53,841 nt of DNA from Eubacteriales bacterium. Lineage in GTDB: Bacteria; Bacillota; Clostridia; Oscillospirales; CAG-272. The DNA lies in contig JAHAZT010000027.1 of assembly GCA_018383975.1 (NCBI GenBank), forward strand, positions 1 to 53,841, read 5' to 3'. This document shows, in pieces, positions 1 to 10,051 of this stretch. Position 1 is the stretch's first letter. The number at the start of each line of letters is the position of its first letter. A program made the translations under genes and the position numbers. A model generated the notes under the pieces. The model did no database searches and was not told where the DNA came from. It worked only from the letters and a program-made list of their open reading frames with translations.

Positions 1-33
1 TTATTATACAATTCAACCGCTTTGGAGGTAATT

Positions 34-1353
34 ATGGGAAAACAGATAAAAATCAAGGTAGTAGTTCAGGCAAAAAAAGAAAATGTTCCCGGCTGGCCGC
101 ATATAAACTTCGGTTACGAAAAAGAAACCGAAAGAGTTATGTCCGTTGTAAGAGCATATAATCCCGACGCAAAATTCGATGTGTTTAAGTACAATTCAAA
201 AGACGAAGCCGCGGCATCATACGAAAGCGATAAATCCGAGTATGACGGTGTTCTCGTTCTTCTTATGACAAACTGGATAAGACTTGACGAGTTCTATGCA
301 CGCAAATCAAGGGACGGTATTCCCTGTGCGGTTGCCGATGTTCCCTTCTGCGGGAGCGGATCAATTCTTTCCGGCACGTCACCGATGATAAGAAACGAAA
401 AGCTTCCCGTTCCGTTTGAAGCTTCAACGGATTATGCGGATATCGCCCGTCTTGCGCGCACGCTCGTCGTAAACGCAAAACTTAGGCAGACGACGGTTCT
501 CGTTGTCAAAAACGACGTTGAAAACGACGTTGAAAGTGCCGCCGAAAAGCGTTTCGGAATCAGATTTGTAAACAAAACCGCCGCAGACCTTATGTCGGTG
601 TTCGACAGCATCGATGACGGCGAAGCCTCCGCTCTTGCCGGAAAGTGGACAGGCGAAGCCGTAAAGACTGTGGAGCCTTCACACTCCGATATAATAGAAA
701 GTGCAAAGATATATCTTGCAATAAAGAAAATGATTAAGGAAACCGGCGCAGATGCCGTGACGATAGCTTGTCTCGAACTTTCATATAACGATGTTTACGG
801 CAAGAGCCGCCATATGTATCCCTGCCTTTCTCATTTTCAGATGGCTGATGACGGGGAGCTTGGCGTTTGTGAAGCCGATATAGACTCCACGGTTTCGTCA
901 CTCGTCACTCTGTATCTCACAGGCAAGCACGGATTTGTTTCCGATCCCGTTGTGGACACTTCAAGCAATGAAATCATTTATGCTCACTGTGTCGCATGCA
1001 GAAAAGTATTCGGCGTTTCATCGCCGAAAATCTGCGATTATTACATAAGAAGCCACGCCGAGGATCAACTCGGAGCGTCCGTTCAGGTCATATTTCCCGC
1101 CGGAGAAAAGCTGACCACCGTAAATATCAGCAACACAAACAATTGGGCTTGTATACACTCCTCCGTTTCCGTTGGAAATGCGGGCGGAGACGCAGGCTGC
1201 CGCTCAAAGCTTGTGGCTTCCTGCAATGCGAGAGCGCTTCTTGAAAACTGGATGCCCATGTGGCACAGGGTAACCGTCTTCGGCGATTACAGACAGGATT
1301 TCATAAACTTTTTCAGGCTCAAAGGTCTTGATATCTGTGAAGAGGATAAATAA
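34..1353 (+). CDS. L-fucose/L-arabinose isomerase-like protein (substrate unknown)
   Basis: GGAGG at 24-28 then ATG at 34. C-terminal half has 'GVCEADIDSTVS', 'IIYAHC', 'IRSHAED', 'GCRSKL' and 'WHRVTVFGDY', resembling FucI-like C-terminal domains. Confidence 0.6.
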   Translation: MGKQIKIKVVVQAKKENVPGWPHINFGYEKETERVMSVVRAYNPDAKFDVFKYNSKDEAAASYESDKSEYDGVLVLLMTNWIRLDEFYARKSRDGIPCAVADVPFCGSGSILSGTSPMIRNEKLPVPFEASTDYADIARLARTLVVNAKLRQTTVLVVKNDVENDVESAAEKRFGIRFVNKTAADLMSVFDSIDDGEASALAGKWTGEAVKTVEPSHSDIIESAKIYLAIKKMIKETGADAVTIACLELSYNDVYGKSRHMYPCLSHFQMADDGELGVCEADIDSTVSSLVTLYLTGKHGFVSDPVVDTSSNEIIYAHCVACRKVFGVSSPKICDYYIRSHAEDQLGASVQVIFPAGEKLTTVNISNTNNWACIHSSVSVGNAGGDAGCRSKLVASCNARALLENWMPMWHRVTVFGDYRQDFINFFRLKGLDICEEDK

Positions 1354-1368
1354 TCCGATTTTATAAAG

Positions 1369-1412
1369 AACGCTCCCGACTTAGGACTTTTTCCGATGTC
1401 GGGAGCGTTTTT
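1369..1412. terminator. Bidirectional intrinsic terminator between convergent genes
   Basis: AACGCTCCCGAC (1369-1380) pairs with GTCGGGAGCGTT (1398-1409), followed by a T run. Confidence 0.8.
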
Positions 1413-4400
1413 CACTTTATAACAATATTTTCTTCGCCGAGCAGTTTTTTAAGAAGCGCCAGCATGTTCGGCTGAAGATCTACTCCCGCACCGACGCGCT
1501 TTATATATTTCTTTTCGGCTTCGCCGTAAAGCATAACGGGCATTTCTCCTGTGAAAATATCAAGCACCGACTTGATTTTTTCAAAAATCTCTCCCTCAAG
1601 CGACGGCAGTCTCAAATATATTGTTTTCGGTTTGTCCGGATTTTTCGAGCCGATGCTTTCCTCCTTTTTTTCTGCCTGCACAGGCTCGGCTTCCTCCGTT
1701 GTTATGCGGTTTGAAAGCGGGATTACAATATCACAAATCAGCTTCGGAGCGGCATTTTCCGTTTCGGAAACCGTTCCTATCATGGCGACTGCGCTTCCCT
1801 CCGTAAGAAAAGCGCTGCTCTTTTCAAGTATCTTCGGGAAGACTATTGCCTCAATTTCGCCGAACCTGTCCTCAATCCGGACAAAAGCCATAGCCGCGCC
1901 GGATCTTGTCTTTTTACCGACTCTTTCCGTTACCGTTCCGGCAACGGTCACTCTGTCTCCGTCACGGAACTTTTTCTCTTCGCTATCGTCATCCGCTCCG
2001 AAGATAACCTCACCTATCGGAACGGCGCCCAGCTTCTCCGCCATAGCGGAATATTCGTCGGACGGGTGACCGGAAAAATACATTCCCGTGCTTTCCCTCT
2101 CCTGAGCGAGAAGCTCTCTTCCGGAAAACTCTTCTCTGTCCGTATAGACATATTCCTCTCCGGACGCATCGGAAAATGCGGAAAACATATCAATCTGACC
2201 GTCGCTTTCGCTCCTTTTACGACGCAGATAAATGTCGACTATGTTCTCATAATCTCCGAGAAGAACGCTGCGTTTTATCCCCAGCGAGTCGCAAGCCCCG
2301 CTCTTTATGAGCGATTCTATCTGCCGTTTGTTTATGTCATATCCGCTCATTCGCGATATAAAATCGGTAAACGATGTGTACGCCCCGTTTTTGTTTCTTT
2401 CTCCAATGACGTCCGAAAGGAACGAAATCCCGAGATTTTTCACTCCCAGAAGTCCGAAGCGGATTGCATTTTTCCCATTGTGACGGACAACGCTGTATTT
2501 TTCAAAGCTCTCGTTTATATCCGGCGAGAGAACGTCGATATGGTATGAGTTTTTCGCTTCTTCGATATACACAGCCGTTTTTGCCGTATTTCCGAGAACG
2601 CTCGTCAGAAGAGACGCAAGATATTCGCATGGATAGTGACATTTCAGATACGCCGTTCTGAAAGAAAGGTAGGCATATGCCGTCGCGTGAGATTTATTGA
2701 AGGCGTAGCTTGCAAAAGCGGACATCGTATCGAATATTTCCGTTGCCACAGCCTCCGATACCCCGTTTGCAACCGCTCCCGCGCAGATTACGTTCCCGTC
2801 GGCGTCTTTTTCTCCGTGAATAAAAGCATTCCGCTCTTTTTCCATTTCGCCGCTCTTCTTTTTGGACATAGCCCGCCTTATGATATCGGCTCTGCCGAAC
2901 GAAAAGCCCGCAATATCGCGGCATATCTGCATAACCTGTTCCTGATATACGATACAGCCCGATGTATTTTTCAGTATATTTTTAAGTTGCGGGCAGGCAT
3001 ATTTCACTCTTTCGGGGTGCGCCCTGTTTTCAAGAAATACCGGTATCGACTCCATCGGCCCCGGGCGATAAAGCGATATTGCAATTATTATATCCTCAAG
3101 ATTTCTCGGCTGCATCTGCGAAAGAAGTCGCCTCATTCCGCCGGACTCAAGCTGAAATACGCCGTCTGTATGCCCCGATGAAATAAGCGCGTACGTTTCG
3201 GCGTCGTCCTGCGACACCTTCTTTATATCAAAATCGGGCTCTGTCTGTCTTATCTGCTTTTCAGCGTCGGAAATGATAGTCAGATACCGCAAGCCGAGAA
3301 AATCAAATTTAAGAAGTCCCAGCTTTGCAATCGTGTCCATTGTAAACTGCGTCAGTATCATTCCGTTGCCGACGGTTGTCGGAACGTAGTCATAAACGGG
3401 CTTGTCCGTAATGACTATGCCCGCCGCATGCGCCGATGCGTGCCTCGGCATTCCCTCAAGCGTCATTGAAATGTCTATGAGCTTTTTAATATTCGGGTCT
3501 GACTCGTAAAGGTCGCCGAGCTTGCCTTCCATCGCTCTTTCAAGCGTTATGTGCAAATCGGAAGGCACCGCCTTTGCAACCGCATCAACGTCCGCATAGC
3601 TCATTCCCAGCGCGCGACCGACATCTCGTATAACCGCCTTTGCCGCAAGCGTGCCGAATGTGATTATTCCGCAAACGCGTTCTCTGCCGTATTTTTCGGA
3701 AACGTATTCTATGACCTCATCCCTGCGTTCATAGCAGAAGTCGGTATCAAAATCCGGCATACTTATTCTCTCCGGATTGAGAAAACGCTCAAACATCAGA
3801 TTGTATTTGATTGAGTTTACATCGGTAATCCCGACAAGATAAGCCACTAGCGACCCTGCGCCCGACCCTCGTCCGGGGCCTGTCGGTATGTTCCGCTGCT
3901 TTGCGGCGTTTATAAAGTCCCAGACGATCAGATAATATTCCGAATATCCCATCTTGCAGATGACGGAAAGCTCGTATTTTATCCTCTCCTCATAGACTTC
4001 TCTTGTGTGTATATCGTCAAAGGTAATCTCGCCGGAGCGCACCTTTTCCTCAAATTTTGCCCAAGCCATCGACGTAAGATAATCCTCCGGCTTTTCGCCG
4101 TTTTCGGGAGTATATCTCGGCAGAAAACGCTTTGAAAAATCGAAATCAAAATCGCACATATCGGCAATTTTTCCCGTGTTTTCGATTGCGCCCTCAATAT
4201 TTCCGAAAAGCGACGCCATTTCTTCGGTGCTCTTATAATAAAATTCATCCGTTTCAAAGCCTATGGGTCTGCCGTCGGCAAGGCGGGCGTTTGTCTGAAT
4301 ACAAAGCATTACCGCCTGATTTTCCGCATCTTTTTTTCTCGGATAATGAACGTCATTCGTTGCAACGAGCGGTATGCCCGTGCGTTTTGAAATATCAATA

Positions 4401-4966
4401 AGCCCTTCATTAACTTCTCTCTGCGCGTCGATACCGTGATATTGCAGCTCAAGATAATAATTTCCCCTGCCGAAAAGCCTGTCCATTTCGATTGCGTGTT
4501 GCTCCGCTTTTTCAAATTCTCCGGCGGAAATCATTCTCGGAACGTAACCCGCAAGGCACGCCGAAAGGCAGACGAGCCCCTCACTATGCTCGCGGAGGAG
4601 GTCAAGGTCTATTCTCGGTTTTGTGTAAAAGCCTTCCGTAAAGCCTTTTGAAACCATATATATGAGATTTCTGTATCCCGTTTCATTCTTGCAGAGGAGA
4701 ACGAGGTGATATCTTGAATGTTCGGAGTCGCGGGTTTTGTCAAAACGGGAGCCGGAGGCGACGTATACCTCGCAGCCGATTATCGGTTTTATTCCGTATG
4801 CCTTGCAGGCAAGGTAAAAGTCCACAGCGCCGTACATTGCACCGTGGTCTGTTATCGCTACGGCAGTGTGCCCGTTTTCCGCTGCCAGCCTCGGAATGTC
4901 TTTTATGCGGCACGCGCCGTCAAGCAGGCTGTATTCACTGTGCAGATGCAAATGACAGAATGACAT
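1412..4966 (-). CDS. dnaE: DNA polymerase III subunit alpha
   Basis: PHP 'HLHLHSEYSLLDGA', 'GPGRGSGAGSLVAY', catalytic 'SMPDFDTDF', 'YAFNKSHA', C-terminal OB fold; 1184 aa. Confidence 0.98.
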   Translation of the reverse strand: MSFCHLHLHSEYSLLDGACRIKDIPRLAAENGHTAVAITDHGAMYGAVDFYLACKAYGIKPIIGCEVYVASGSRFDKTRDSEHSRYHLVLLCKNETGYRNLIYMVSKGFTEGFYTKPRIDLDLLREHSEGLVCLSACLAGYVPRMISAGEFEKAEQHAIEMDRLFGRGNYYLELQYHGIDAQREVNEGLIDISKRTGIPLVATNDVHYPRKKDAENQAVMLCIQTNARLADGRPIGFETDEFYYKSTEEMASLFGNIEGAIENTGKIADMCDFDFDFSKRFLPRYTPENGEKPEDYLTSMAWAKFEEKVRSGEITFDDIHTREVYEERIKYELSVICKMGYSEYYLIVWDFINAAKQRNIPTGPGRGSGAGSLVAYLVGITDVNSIKYNLMFERFLNPERISMPDFDTDFCYERRDEVIEYVSEKYGRERVCGIITFGTLAAKAVIRDVGRALGMSYADVDAVAKAVPSDLHITLERAMEGKLGDLYESDPNIKKLIDISMTLEGMPRHASAHAAGIVITDKPVYDYVPTTVGNGMILTQFTMDTIAKLGLLKFDFLGLRYLTIISDAEKQIRQTEPDFDIKKVSQDDAETYALISSGHTDGVFQLESGGMRRLLSQMQPRNLEDIIIAISLYRPGPMESIPVFLENRAHPERVKYACPQLKNILKNTSGCIVYQEQVMQICRDIAGFSFGRADIIRRAMSKKKSGEMEKERNAFIHGEKDADGNVICAGAVANGVSEAVATEIFDTMSAFASYAFNKSHATAYAYLSFRTAYLKCHYPCEYLASLLTSVLGNTAKTAVYIEEAKNSYHIDVLSPDINESFEKYSVVRHNGKNAIRFGLLGVKNLGISFLSDVIGERNKNGAYTSFTDFISRMSGYDINKRQIESLIKSGACDSLGIKRSVLLGDYENIVDIYLRRKRSESDGQIDMFSAFSDASGEEYVYTDREEFSGRELLAQERESTGMYFSGHPSDEYSAMAEKLGAVPIGEVIFGADDDSEEKKFRDGDRVTVAGTVTERVGKKTRSGAAMAFVRIEDRFGEIEAIVFPKILEKSSAFLTEGSAVAMIGTVSETENAAPKLICDIVIPLSNRITTEEAEPVQAEKKEESIGSKNPDKPKTIYLRLPSLEGEIFEKIKSVLDIFTGEMPVMLYGEAEKKYIKRVGAGVDLQPNMLALLKKLLGEENIVIK

Positions 4967-4980
4967 TTTCCCTTCCTCCT

Positions 4981-5883
4981 TCAGCTGTTTTTGTGAGCGT
5001 TGTAAAAATCTATTATTTTCAAAAGCCGCTTGCTCTCCTGCGACTTTGATACAGGCGGATTTTCCATCTGTCCGAGCGCCGTCATGGACGCATCCGGATT
5101 TTCAAGACGGAGCTTTGCAGTCTGACGCAAAACAGGCGATAAAAGCTCAAATTTTCCGTTCTTTTTAAGCCCTTTGATTGCTTCAATCTGCTCTGCCGAC
5201 GCCGCATTCTGTTTTGATATATTCGCAACCTCAAAATTCGTCTGCCTGTTTTGTTCGTTCCTTATCGACCTCAACGCCTGTGCGTCTATTATTTCAAACG
5301 CTTCGTTCTGTGCGCCCATAAGCATAAGCACATCGGCAACCTTTTCCCCGCCTCTGTAATAGACTATCTGATTTCCTTTTCTCGCGCTGAGCTTCGGCAT
5401 TCCGAACTTTGAAGCAAGCAATGTCGCAAGCTCGACGGCAATATCTGCGTTTGAAACCGTAAATTCAATGCCGTAGCTCTTTTCCGGAGGATTTACAAAT
5501 CCGCAGGAAAGAAATGCCCCGCGAATAAAAGCCTCTGCGCAATGGTCGCAGCCGAACTTTTTCGTATCTATCCGGCGTTCGCCATCCGGAAAGGCAAAAT
5601 CATAGAGCTTTTTTGCATCGCTTCCGCAGACGGTTGTTCTGAAAACAAGTGTGCCTGTTTTGCCCTTTGAAAAAACCTCGGGAGAGGAGCAAACGTCCAG
5701 ACAGCGTATCAAAAGTCCGGAAAAAAGATATGCCGCCTCTTCTGTTTCGGAAAGGAAAACCATTTTATCCCTTTCCGATACCGAAGCAAATATCAGCATT
5801 CCGCAAAGCTCCGCCGAGGCGCAACAGTCGCGCTCGCAGGATATTTTCGCAAGAGCGGTTTTTGTATCTCCCGAAAATGACAT
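4981..5883 (-). CDS. whiA: DNA-binding protein WhiA
   Basis: 'MSFS..TK', 'AFIRGAFLSCGFVNPPEKSY', 'NRQTNFEVANI', 'LRLENPDASMTALG', 'PPVSKS'. Confidence 0.92.
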   Translation of the reverse strand: MSFSGDTKTALAKISCERDCCASAELCGMLIFASVSERDKMVFLSETEEAAYLFSGLLIRCLDVCSSPEVFSKGKTGTLVFRTTVCGSDAKKLYDFAFPDGERRIDTKKFGCDHCAEAFIRGAFLSCGFVNPPEKSYGIEFTVSNADIAVELATLLASKFGMPKLSARKGNQIVYYRGGEKVADVLMLMGAQNEAFEIIDAQALRSIRNEQNRQTNFEVANISKQNAASAEQIEAIKGLKKNGKFELLSPVLRQTAKLRLENPDASMTALGQMENPPVSKSQESKRLLKIIDFYNAHKNS

Positions 5884-5895
5884 AGCCCTAAAACC

Positions 5896-6792
5896 TCATT
5901 TTATATATATTATTTCTTCCTCCAGCATAACGCCGGAAAACTCGTATACTCTCTTTTTTATCTCCGAAATAAGCATCGAAATATCGGCAGAGCTTGCGCC
6001 GCCTGCGTTTATGACAAAACCCGCATGCTTTTCGGACACGCTTGCGCCGCCTATCGAAAAGCCTTTCAGTCCCGCCTGTTCTATGAGCGCACCCGCATAA
6101 TATCCCTCGGGTCTGCGGAAGGTGCTACCGGCACTTGGCTTGTCAAGCGGCTGTTTTTCTCTTCTCGCCGCCATATTTCTTTCGCAGTCTGACGATATCC
6201 TCTCCGCGTCTTCCGGAGTCAATTTCATCTCCGCCGAGATGATTATTTCTCCGTTCGATTTGAAAACACTTTCTCTGTAACCGAAGCCGCATCCGGCGTT
6301 TGAATAGACTTTTATCCTTTTTTCCTTCGGACTGTACGCAGTTACCTCCGTGACGATATCCGCCATGTTTCCGCCGTAGGCTCCGGCATTCATATATATT
6401 GCCCCGCCGACGCTGCCCGGTATTCCGTATGCAAATTCAAGTCCCGAAAGACCGGCATCCCTTGCAAGAACGGAAAGCTTCGTAAGCGAAAATCCGGCGT
6501 CGGCTTTGAATCTGTCGTTCCCGGCGGTGATATTGCACATTTGCGAAGTTACTATCACCGTGCCGTCATATAAGGCGTCCGGCGGCAGAATGTTTGTCAT
6601 ATTTCCGAGAACGACGTATTTCTCACAGTATTCCTCCGCCTTTTCAACGGCAAATATGAGCTCCTCCGCGCTTTTCGCAATCACGCAAAGCGCTATCTCC
6701 CCACCGACGTGAAATGAGCATTTTCCGGCAAAAGTGCCGCCGCGCTCCGTTGCGCATTTTTCGGTTATTTCTCTTACATATCGCTCGTTTAT
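5896..6792 (-). CDS. murB: UDP-N-acetylmuramate dehydrogenase (probable ATA start)
   Basis: 'SFHVGG', 'GLEFAYGIPGSVGGAIYMNAGAYG', 'FGYRES', 'KQPLDKPSAGSTF', 'VSEKHAGF'. Start placed at the ATA 8 nt after GGGGGAGG; start is uncertain. Confidence 0.93.
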   Translation of the reverse strand: MNERYVREITEKCATERGGTFAGKCSFHVGGEIALCVIAKSAEELIFAVEKAEEYCEKYVVLGNMTNILPPDALYDGTVIVTSQMCNITAGNDRFKADAGFSLTKLSVLARDAGLSGLEFAYGIPGSVGGAIYMNAGAYGGNMADIVTEVTAYSPKEKRIKVYSNAGCGFGYRESVFKSNGEIIISAEMKLTPEDAERISSDCERNMAARREKQPLDKPSAGSTFRRPEGYYAGALIEQAGLKGFSIGGASVSEKHAGFVINAGGASSADISMLISEIKKRVYEFSGVMLEEEIIYIK

Positions 6793-6890
6793 GACAGCCG
6801 CCTCCCCCGCAATGCAATTTTTTACATATATCATTATATCAGATATTATCGTACTTGTGTATATATTCCGCAAAATTATCAGAAAATTTG

Positions 6891-6919
6891 TTGACAAAAC
6901 AAAAATGGTGTGATATCAT
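6891..6919 (+). promoter_or_regulatory. sigmaA promoter of the crp-ABC operon
   Basis: TTGACA (6891-6896), 17-nt spacer ending TGa, TATCAT (6914-6919). Confidence 0.75.
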
Positions 6920-6955
6920 AAAAGTGTTCCAAATAGTACAGTTTTGGAGGTTTTT

Positions 6956-7612
6956 ATGTCTGAAAAGAAAATCGTTTCGGCATTGCGACTTTGCAGTGTG
7001 TTCTCGGGCGCATCGGAACAGACCCTGCGCGGACTTCTTTCCTGCCGTCCTGAGAAATTCTGCGCGGGAGACCTTATCTATTCGGCAGACAGCTTTGAAA
7101 AGAGCATCGGAATTATTGTTTCCGGAAAGGTTGAGGTTTTCGGCGAAAACGAAAACAAACGCGTCAGGCTCAACGCTCTGTCACAGGGGGATATGTTCGG
7201 CGCGGCGGCACTTTTCGGAAAAAATGACGGCTATGGCTATGTGAGCACGGTTGTTTCAAAAACGTCGTCCGAAGTGATTTTTATATGCGAAGAAAAAATA
7301 CGTGAAATTATCATCTCCGACCCTGCCGTTGCAATTGCGTATATCGCATTTCTTTCGGACAGAATACGCTTTCTCAACGGAAAAATAAGCACGTTCACCG
7401 CAAAAAGCGCCGACTCCGCCGTCGCTGCGGCGTTGCTTTCCGAAAAAGCCGACCGCTTTGAGCTGAACGTCTCCCGACTATCAAAAAAACTCGGTATAGG
7501 CAGGACATCCGTCTATCGTTCACTTGAATTTCTCAAAAAATCGGGAGCGATAGAATATTCCGAAGGAACAGTGACTGTACTGTCAAAAGAAATTCTGAAA
7601 AACGTCAGATAA
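6956..7612 (+). CDS. Crp/Fnr family transcriptional regulator
   Basis: cNMP-binding fold ('GIIVSGKVEV', 'GDMFGAAALF') and C-terminal HTH ('LSKKLGIGRTSVYRSL'); GGAGG then ATG at 6956. Confidence 0.85.
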   Translation: MSEKKIVSALRLCSVFSGASEQTLRGLLSCRPEKFCAGDLIYSADSFEKSIGIIVSGKVEVFGENENKRVRLNALSQGDMFGAAALFGKNDGYGYVSTVVSKTSSEVIFICEEKIREIIISDPAVAIAYIAFLSDRIRFLNGKISTFTAKSADSAVAAALLSEKADRFELNVSRLSKKLGIGRTSVYRSLEFLKKSGAIEYSEGTVTVLSKEILKNVR

Positions 7613-7634
7613 ACTGACAGAAAAGAGGAAATTT

Positions 7635-8615
7635 ATGAAAAAAATCGTTGCAATCGTAATGGCGGCTCTGCTTCTGCTTTGCTTTGTCTCGTGCAGAGAA
7701 AAAACTCCCGCCGAAAAAACAGACGTCCGCGTAACCGCTCTCAAAGGTCCCACGGGTATGGGAATGGCTTCGCTTATGGCGGAAAACGAAAACGGTACAA
7801 CACAAAATAATTATACCTTCACCCTCGCATCGGCTCCCGCAGAGGTACAGTCGACAATCATTTCGGGCAATTTTGATATTGCCGCGGTTCCCGTCAATCT
7901 CGCTTCAGTGCTTTATAACAAGGGCGCGGACATAAGCTTTATCGGCGTTGCGACTCTCGGCGTGCTTTATGTTCTCGAAAACGGAAATTCGATAAACTCC
8001 GTTGCCGATCTCAAAGGCAAAACGATTTATGCAACCGGTCAGGGCGCAACCCCGGAGTATGCTCTGAATTTTATTCTCGAAAAGAACGGACTTAAAGCCG
8101 GCAAGGACGTAACTGTTGAATTTCTTTCCGACCACGCCGAGCTTGCATCAAAGCTTGCCGCAAACGCCGTTTCGATCGGCGTTCTTCCGGAGCCGAACGT
8201 CACAAGCGCACTTATCCAGAATACGGGCGACCTCCGCATCGCGCTCAATTTGACGAAGGAATGGGACAAGGTCAGCGATACGACGCTTGTTCAGGGCGTT
8301 CTCGTCGCTTCAAATAAATTTCTGAGCGAACACCCGAAAGCCGTTGAAACGTTCCTTTCCGAATACAAAAAGTCGGTTAATATAATCACATCCGATATCG
8401 AAAAGGGTGCGGAATACTGCGAAAAATACGGCATCGTTCCGAAAGCCGCAATAGCCAAAAAAGCAATCCCGAACTGTAATATCAGCGCAATGACCGGAGA
8501 TGACGGTGTGAGCGCGATGAAGGGCATGCTTGACGTTCTCTACAAAGCAAATCCGGCATCCGTCGGCGGAAAGCTCCCGAAAGACGATTTCTATAAGTCG
8601 ATCGAGATAAAATGA
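7635..8615 (+). CDS. ABC transporter substrate-binding lipoprotein, NitT/TauT (SsuA/THI5-like)
   Basis: Lipobox 'FVSC'; 'LKGPTGMG', 'DLKGKTI', 'LPEP', 'SVGGKLPKDDFY'. Confidence 0.85.
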   Translation: MKKIVAIVMAALLLLCFVSCREKTPAEKTDVRVTALKGPTGMGMASLMAENENGTTQNNYTFTLASAPAEVQSTIISGNFDIAAVPVNLASVLYNKGADISFIGVATLGVLYVLENGNSINSVADLKGKTIYATGQGATPEYALNFILEKNGLKAGKDVTVEFLSDHAELASKLAANAVSIGVLPEPNVTSALIQNTGDLRIALNLTKEWDKVSDTTLVQGVLVASNKFLSEHPKAVETFLSEYKKSVNIITSDIEKGAEYCEKYGIVPKAAIAKKAIPNCNISAMTGDDGVSAMKGMLDVLYKANPASVGGKLPKDDFYKSIEIK

Positions 8616-9370
8616 GTCTGAGAACGAAAAAGATTGCCGTCGGCATCGGCGTTTTTCTGTTCTGGATTGCCGTATGGGAGGTTGCCTCGCTTATAATCGC
8701 AAAGCCGGTTATCCTCCCATCGCCTCCGGCGGTTACGCGCGCGCTTTTCGGACTTCTCAAAACAAAATCGTTTTATATCGCGTGCGTCCGTTCCGTCGGA
8801 CTGATATTTATCGGCCTTGCAGCAGGAACGGCAGTCGGCGTAATACTCGCCGTGCTGTCGAAGGTGCTCCGCATTTTCGGAACCGTTGTTTCGCCGGCGG
8901 TTGAAGTGATAAAAGCGACGCCGGTCGCGTCGGTGATAATCGTGCTTTTGTTTGTGCTTTCAAAAAATATAGTGCCGATGCTCGCCGCCGCGCTCATGGT
9001 TATCCCGATAATATTTATGAACGTCCGCAAAGGACTGGATGCCGTCCCGAACGACAGGCTCGAAGTTGCAAAAATATATGATTTTTCGCACTCGAAAAAA
9101 CTGCGCATGCTTTATATTCCTTCTGCACTCCCCTATTTCTTTGCGGGGTGCCGTTCTGCGCTCGGACTTGCATGGAAAGCCGGAATTGCAGCAGAGGTCA
9201 TCTGCACACCGACAAGTTCAATCGGCACAATGCTTCACAGCGCAAGAATTTATCTTGAATCCGAAGAGCTTTTCGCGCTGACAGCCGTTATAATAATCCT
9301 GAGTGTAATCATTGAAAAAGCATTGATTTTTGCCCTCGGAAAGCTCTGTAAAGGCGGTGAAACGGTATGA
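8612..9370 (+). CDS. ABC transporter permease, NitT/TauT type
   Basis: Hydrophobic helices, 'ILPSP', 'LAWKAGIAAEV'; ATGA overlap with the upstream gene. Confidence 0.85.
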   Translation: MSLRTKKIAVGIGVFLFWIAVWEVASLIIAKPVILPSPPAVTRALFGLLKTKSFYIACVRSVGLIFIGLAAGTAVGVILAVLSKVLRIFGTVVSPAVEVIKATPVASVIIVLLFVLSKNIVPMLAAALMVIPIIFMNVRKGLDAVPNDRLEVAKIYDFSHSKKLRMLYIPSALPYFFAGCRSALGLAWKAGIAAEVICTPTSSIGTMLHSARIYLESEELFALTAVIIILSVIIEKALIFALGKLCKGGETV

Positions 9371-9954
9371 AACTGTCTCTTGAAAACATATCGAAAAGTT
9401 ACGGCGAAAATTACGTTCTGAAAGATATTTCCCTCCGTGTTGAAAACGAATCGGTCGCTTTGATGGGAAAATCCGGGTCTGGCAAAACAACACTTCTCCG
9501 TATAGCCGCGGGACTTGAAAATCCGGACAGCGGCGAAGTAAAGTCGGACGGAAAGATTGCGTTTTCTTTCGCGGAGCCACGCCTATTTGACAACATAAGT
9601 ATTCTCGAAAACGTCACCTGCGTGATGAACGGAGACGAAAAATCAAACAGCGACATCGCGAAGGAAATACTCTCATCACTCGCACTTTCCGACGTTTGCG
9701 AAAAAAAGCCCTCCGAGCTTTCAAGCGGAATGGCTCAGAGGGTCTCTCTTGCGCGACTTATTGCATCCGGCAGGGATATATGTCTTCTCGATGAGCCGTT
9801 GCATGCACTTGACGAGTCAACCAAAGGAATTGTAATCTCGGCTTTACAAAAATATCTTCGCGGAAAATGTGCAATCATAGTGACTCACAGCGAAGACGAA
9901 GCAAAATCACTATGTCAAAAAATATATACAATTTCGGACGGAGTTCTGAAATAA
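9367..9954 (+). CDS. ABC transporter ATP-binding protein
   Basis: Walker A 'GKSGSGKT', signature 'LSSGMAQR', Walker B 'LLDEP', H-loop 'VTH'. Confidence 0.9.
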   Translation: MKLSLENISKSYGENYVLKDISLRVENESVALMGKSGSGKTTLLRIAAGLENPDSGEVKSDGKIAFSFAEPRLFDNISILENVTCVMNGDEKSNSDIAKEILSSLALSDVCEKKPSELSSGMAQRVSLARLIASGRDICLLDEPLHALDESTKGIVISALQKYLRGKCAIIVTHSEDEAKSLCQKIYTISDGVLK

Positions 9955-10004
9955 AAAAAGCAGTACCGGCTTCGAACTGCTCCCATAAAAACGGAAATTG
10001 AATA

Positions 10005-10051
10005 AAAAACCTCCTGCGGTAGAATAGAAATATCTACCGCGGGAGGTTTTT
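10005..10051. terminator. Long inverted repeat, probable bidirectional terminator (possibly an IS-end relic)
   Basis: AAAAACCTCCTGCGGTAGA (10005-10023) pairs with TCTACCGCGGGAGGTTTTT (10033-10051), between convergent genes. Confidence 0.7.

Noticed and set aside
34-1353. Orphan sugar isomerase as part of a novel pathway
   Set aside because: The gene is at the window edge, so its upstream context and substrate cannot be judged.
9715-9740. ABC signature LSSGM instead of LSGGM as a sign of an inactive ATPase
   Set aside because: Walker A, Walker B and the H-loop are intact; a single substitution is not enough evidence.
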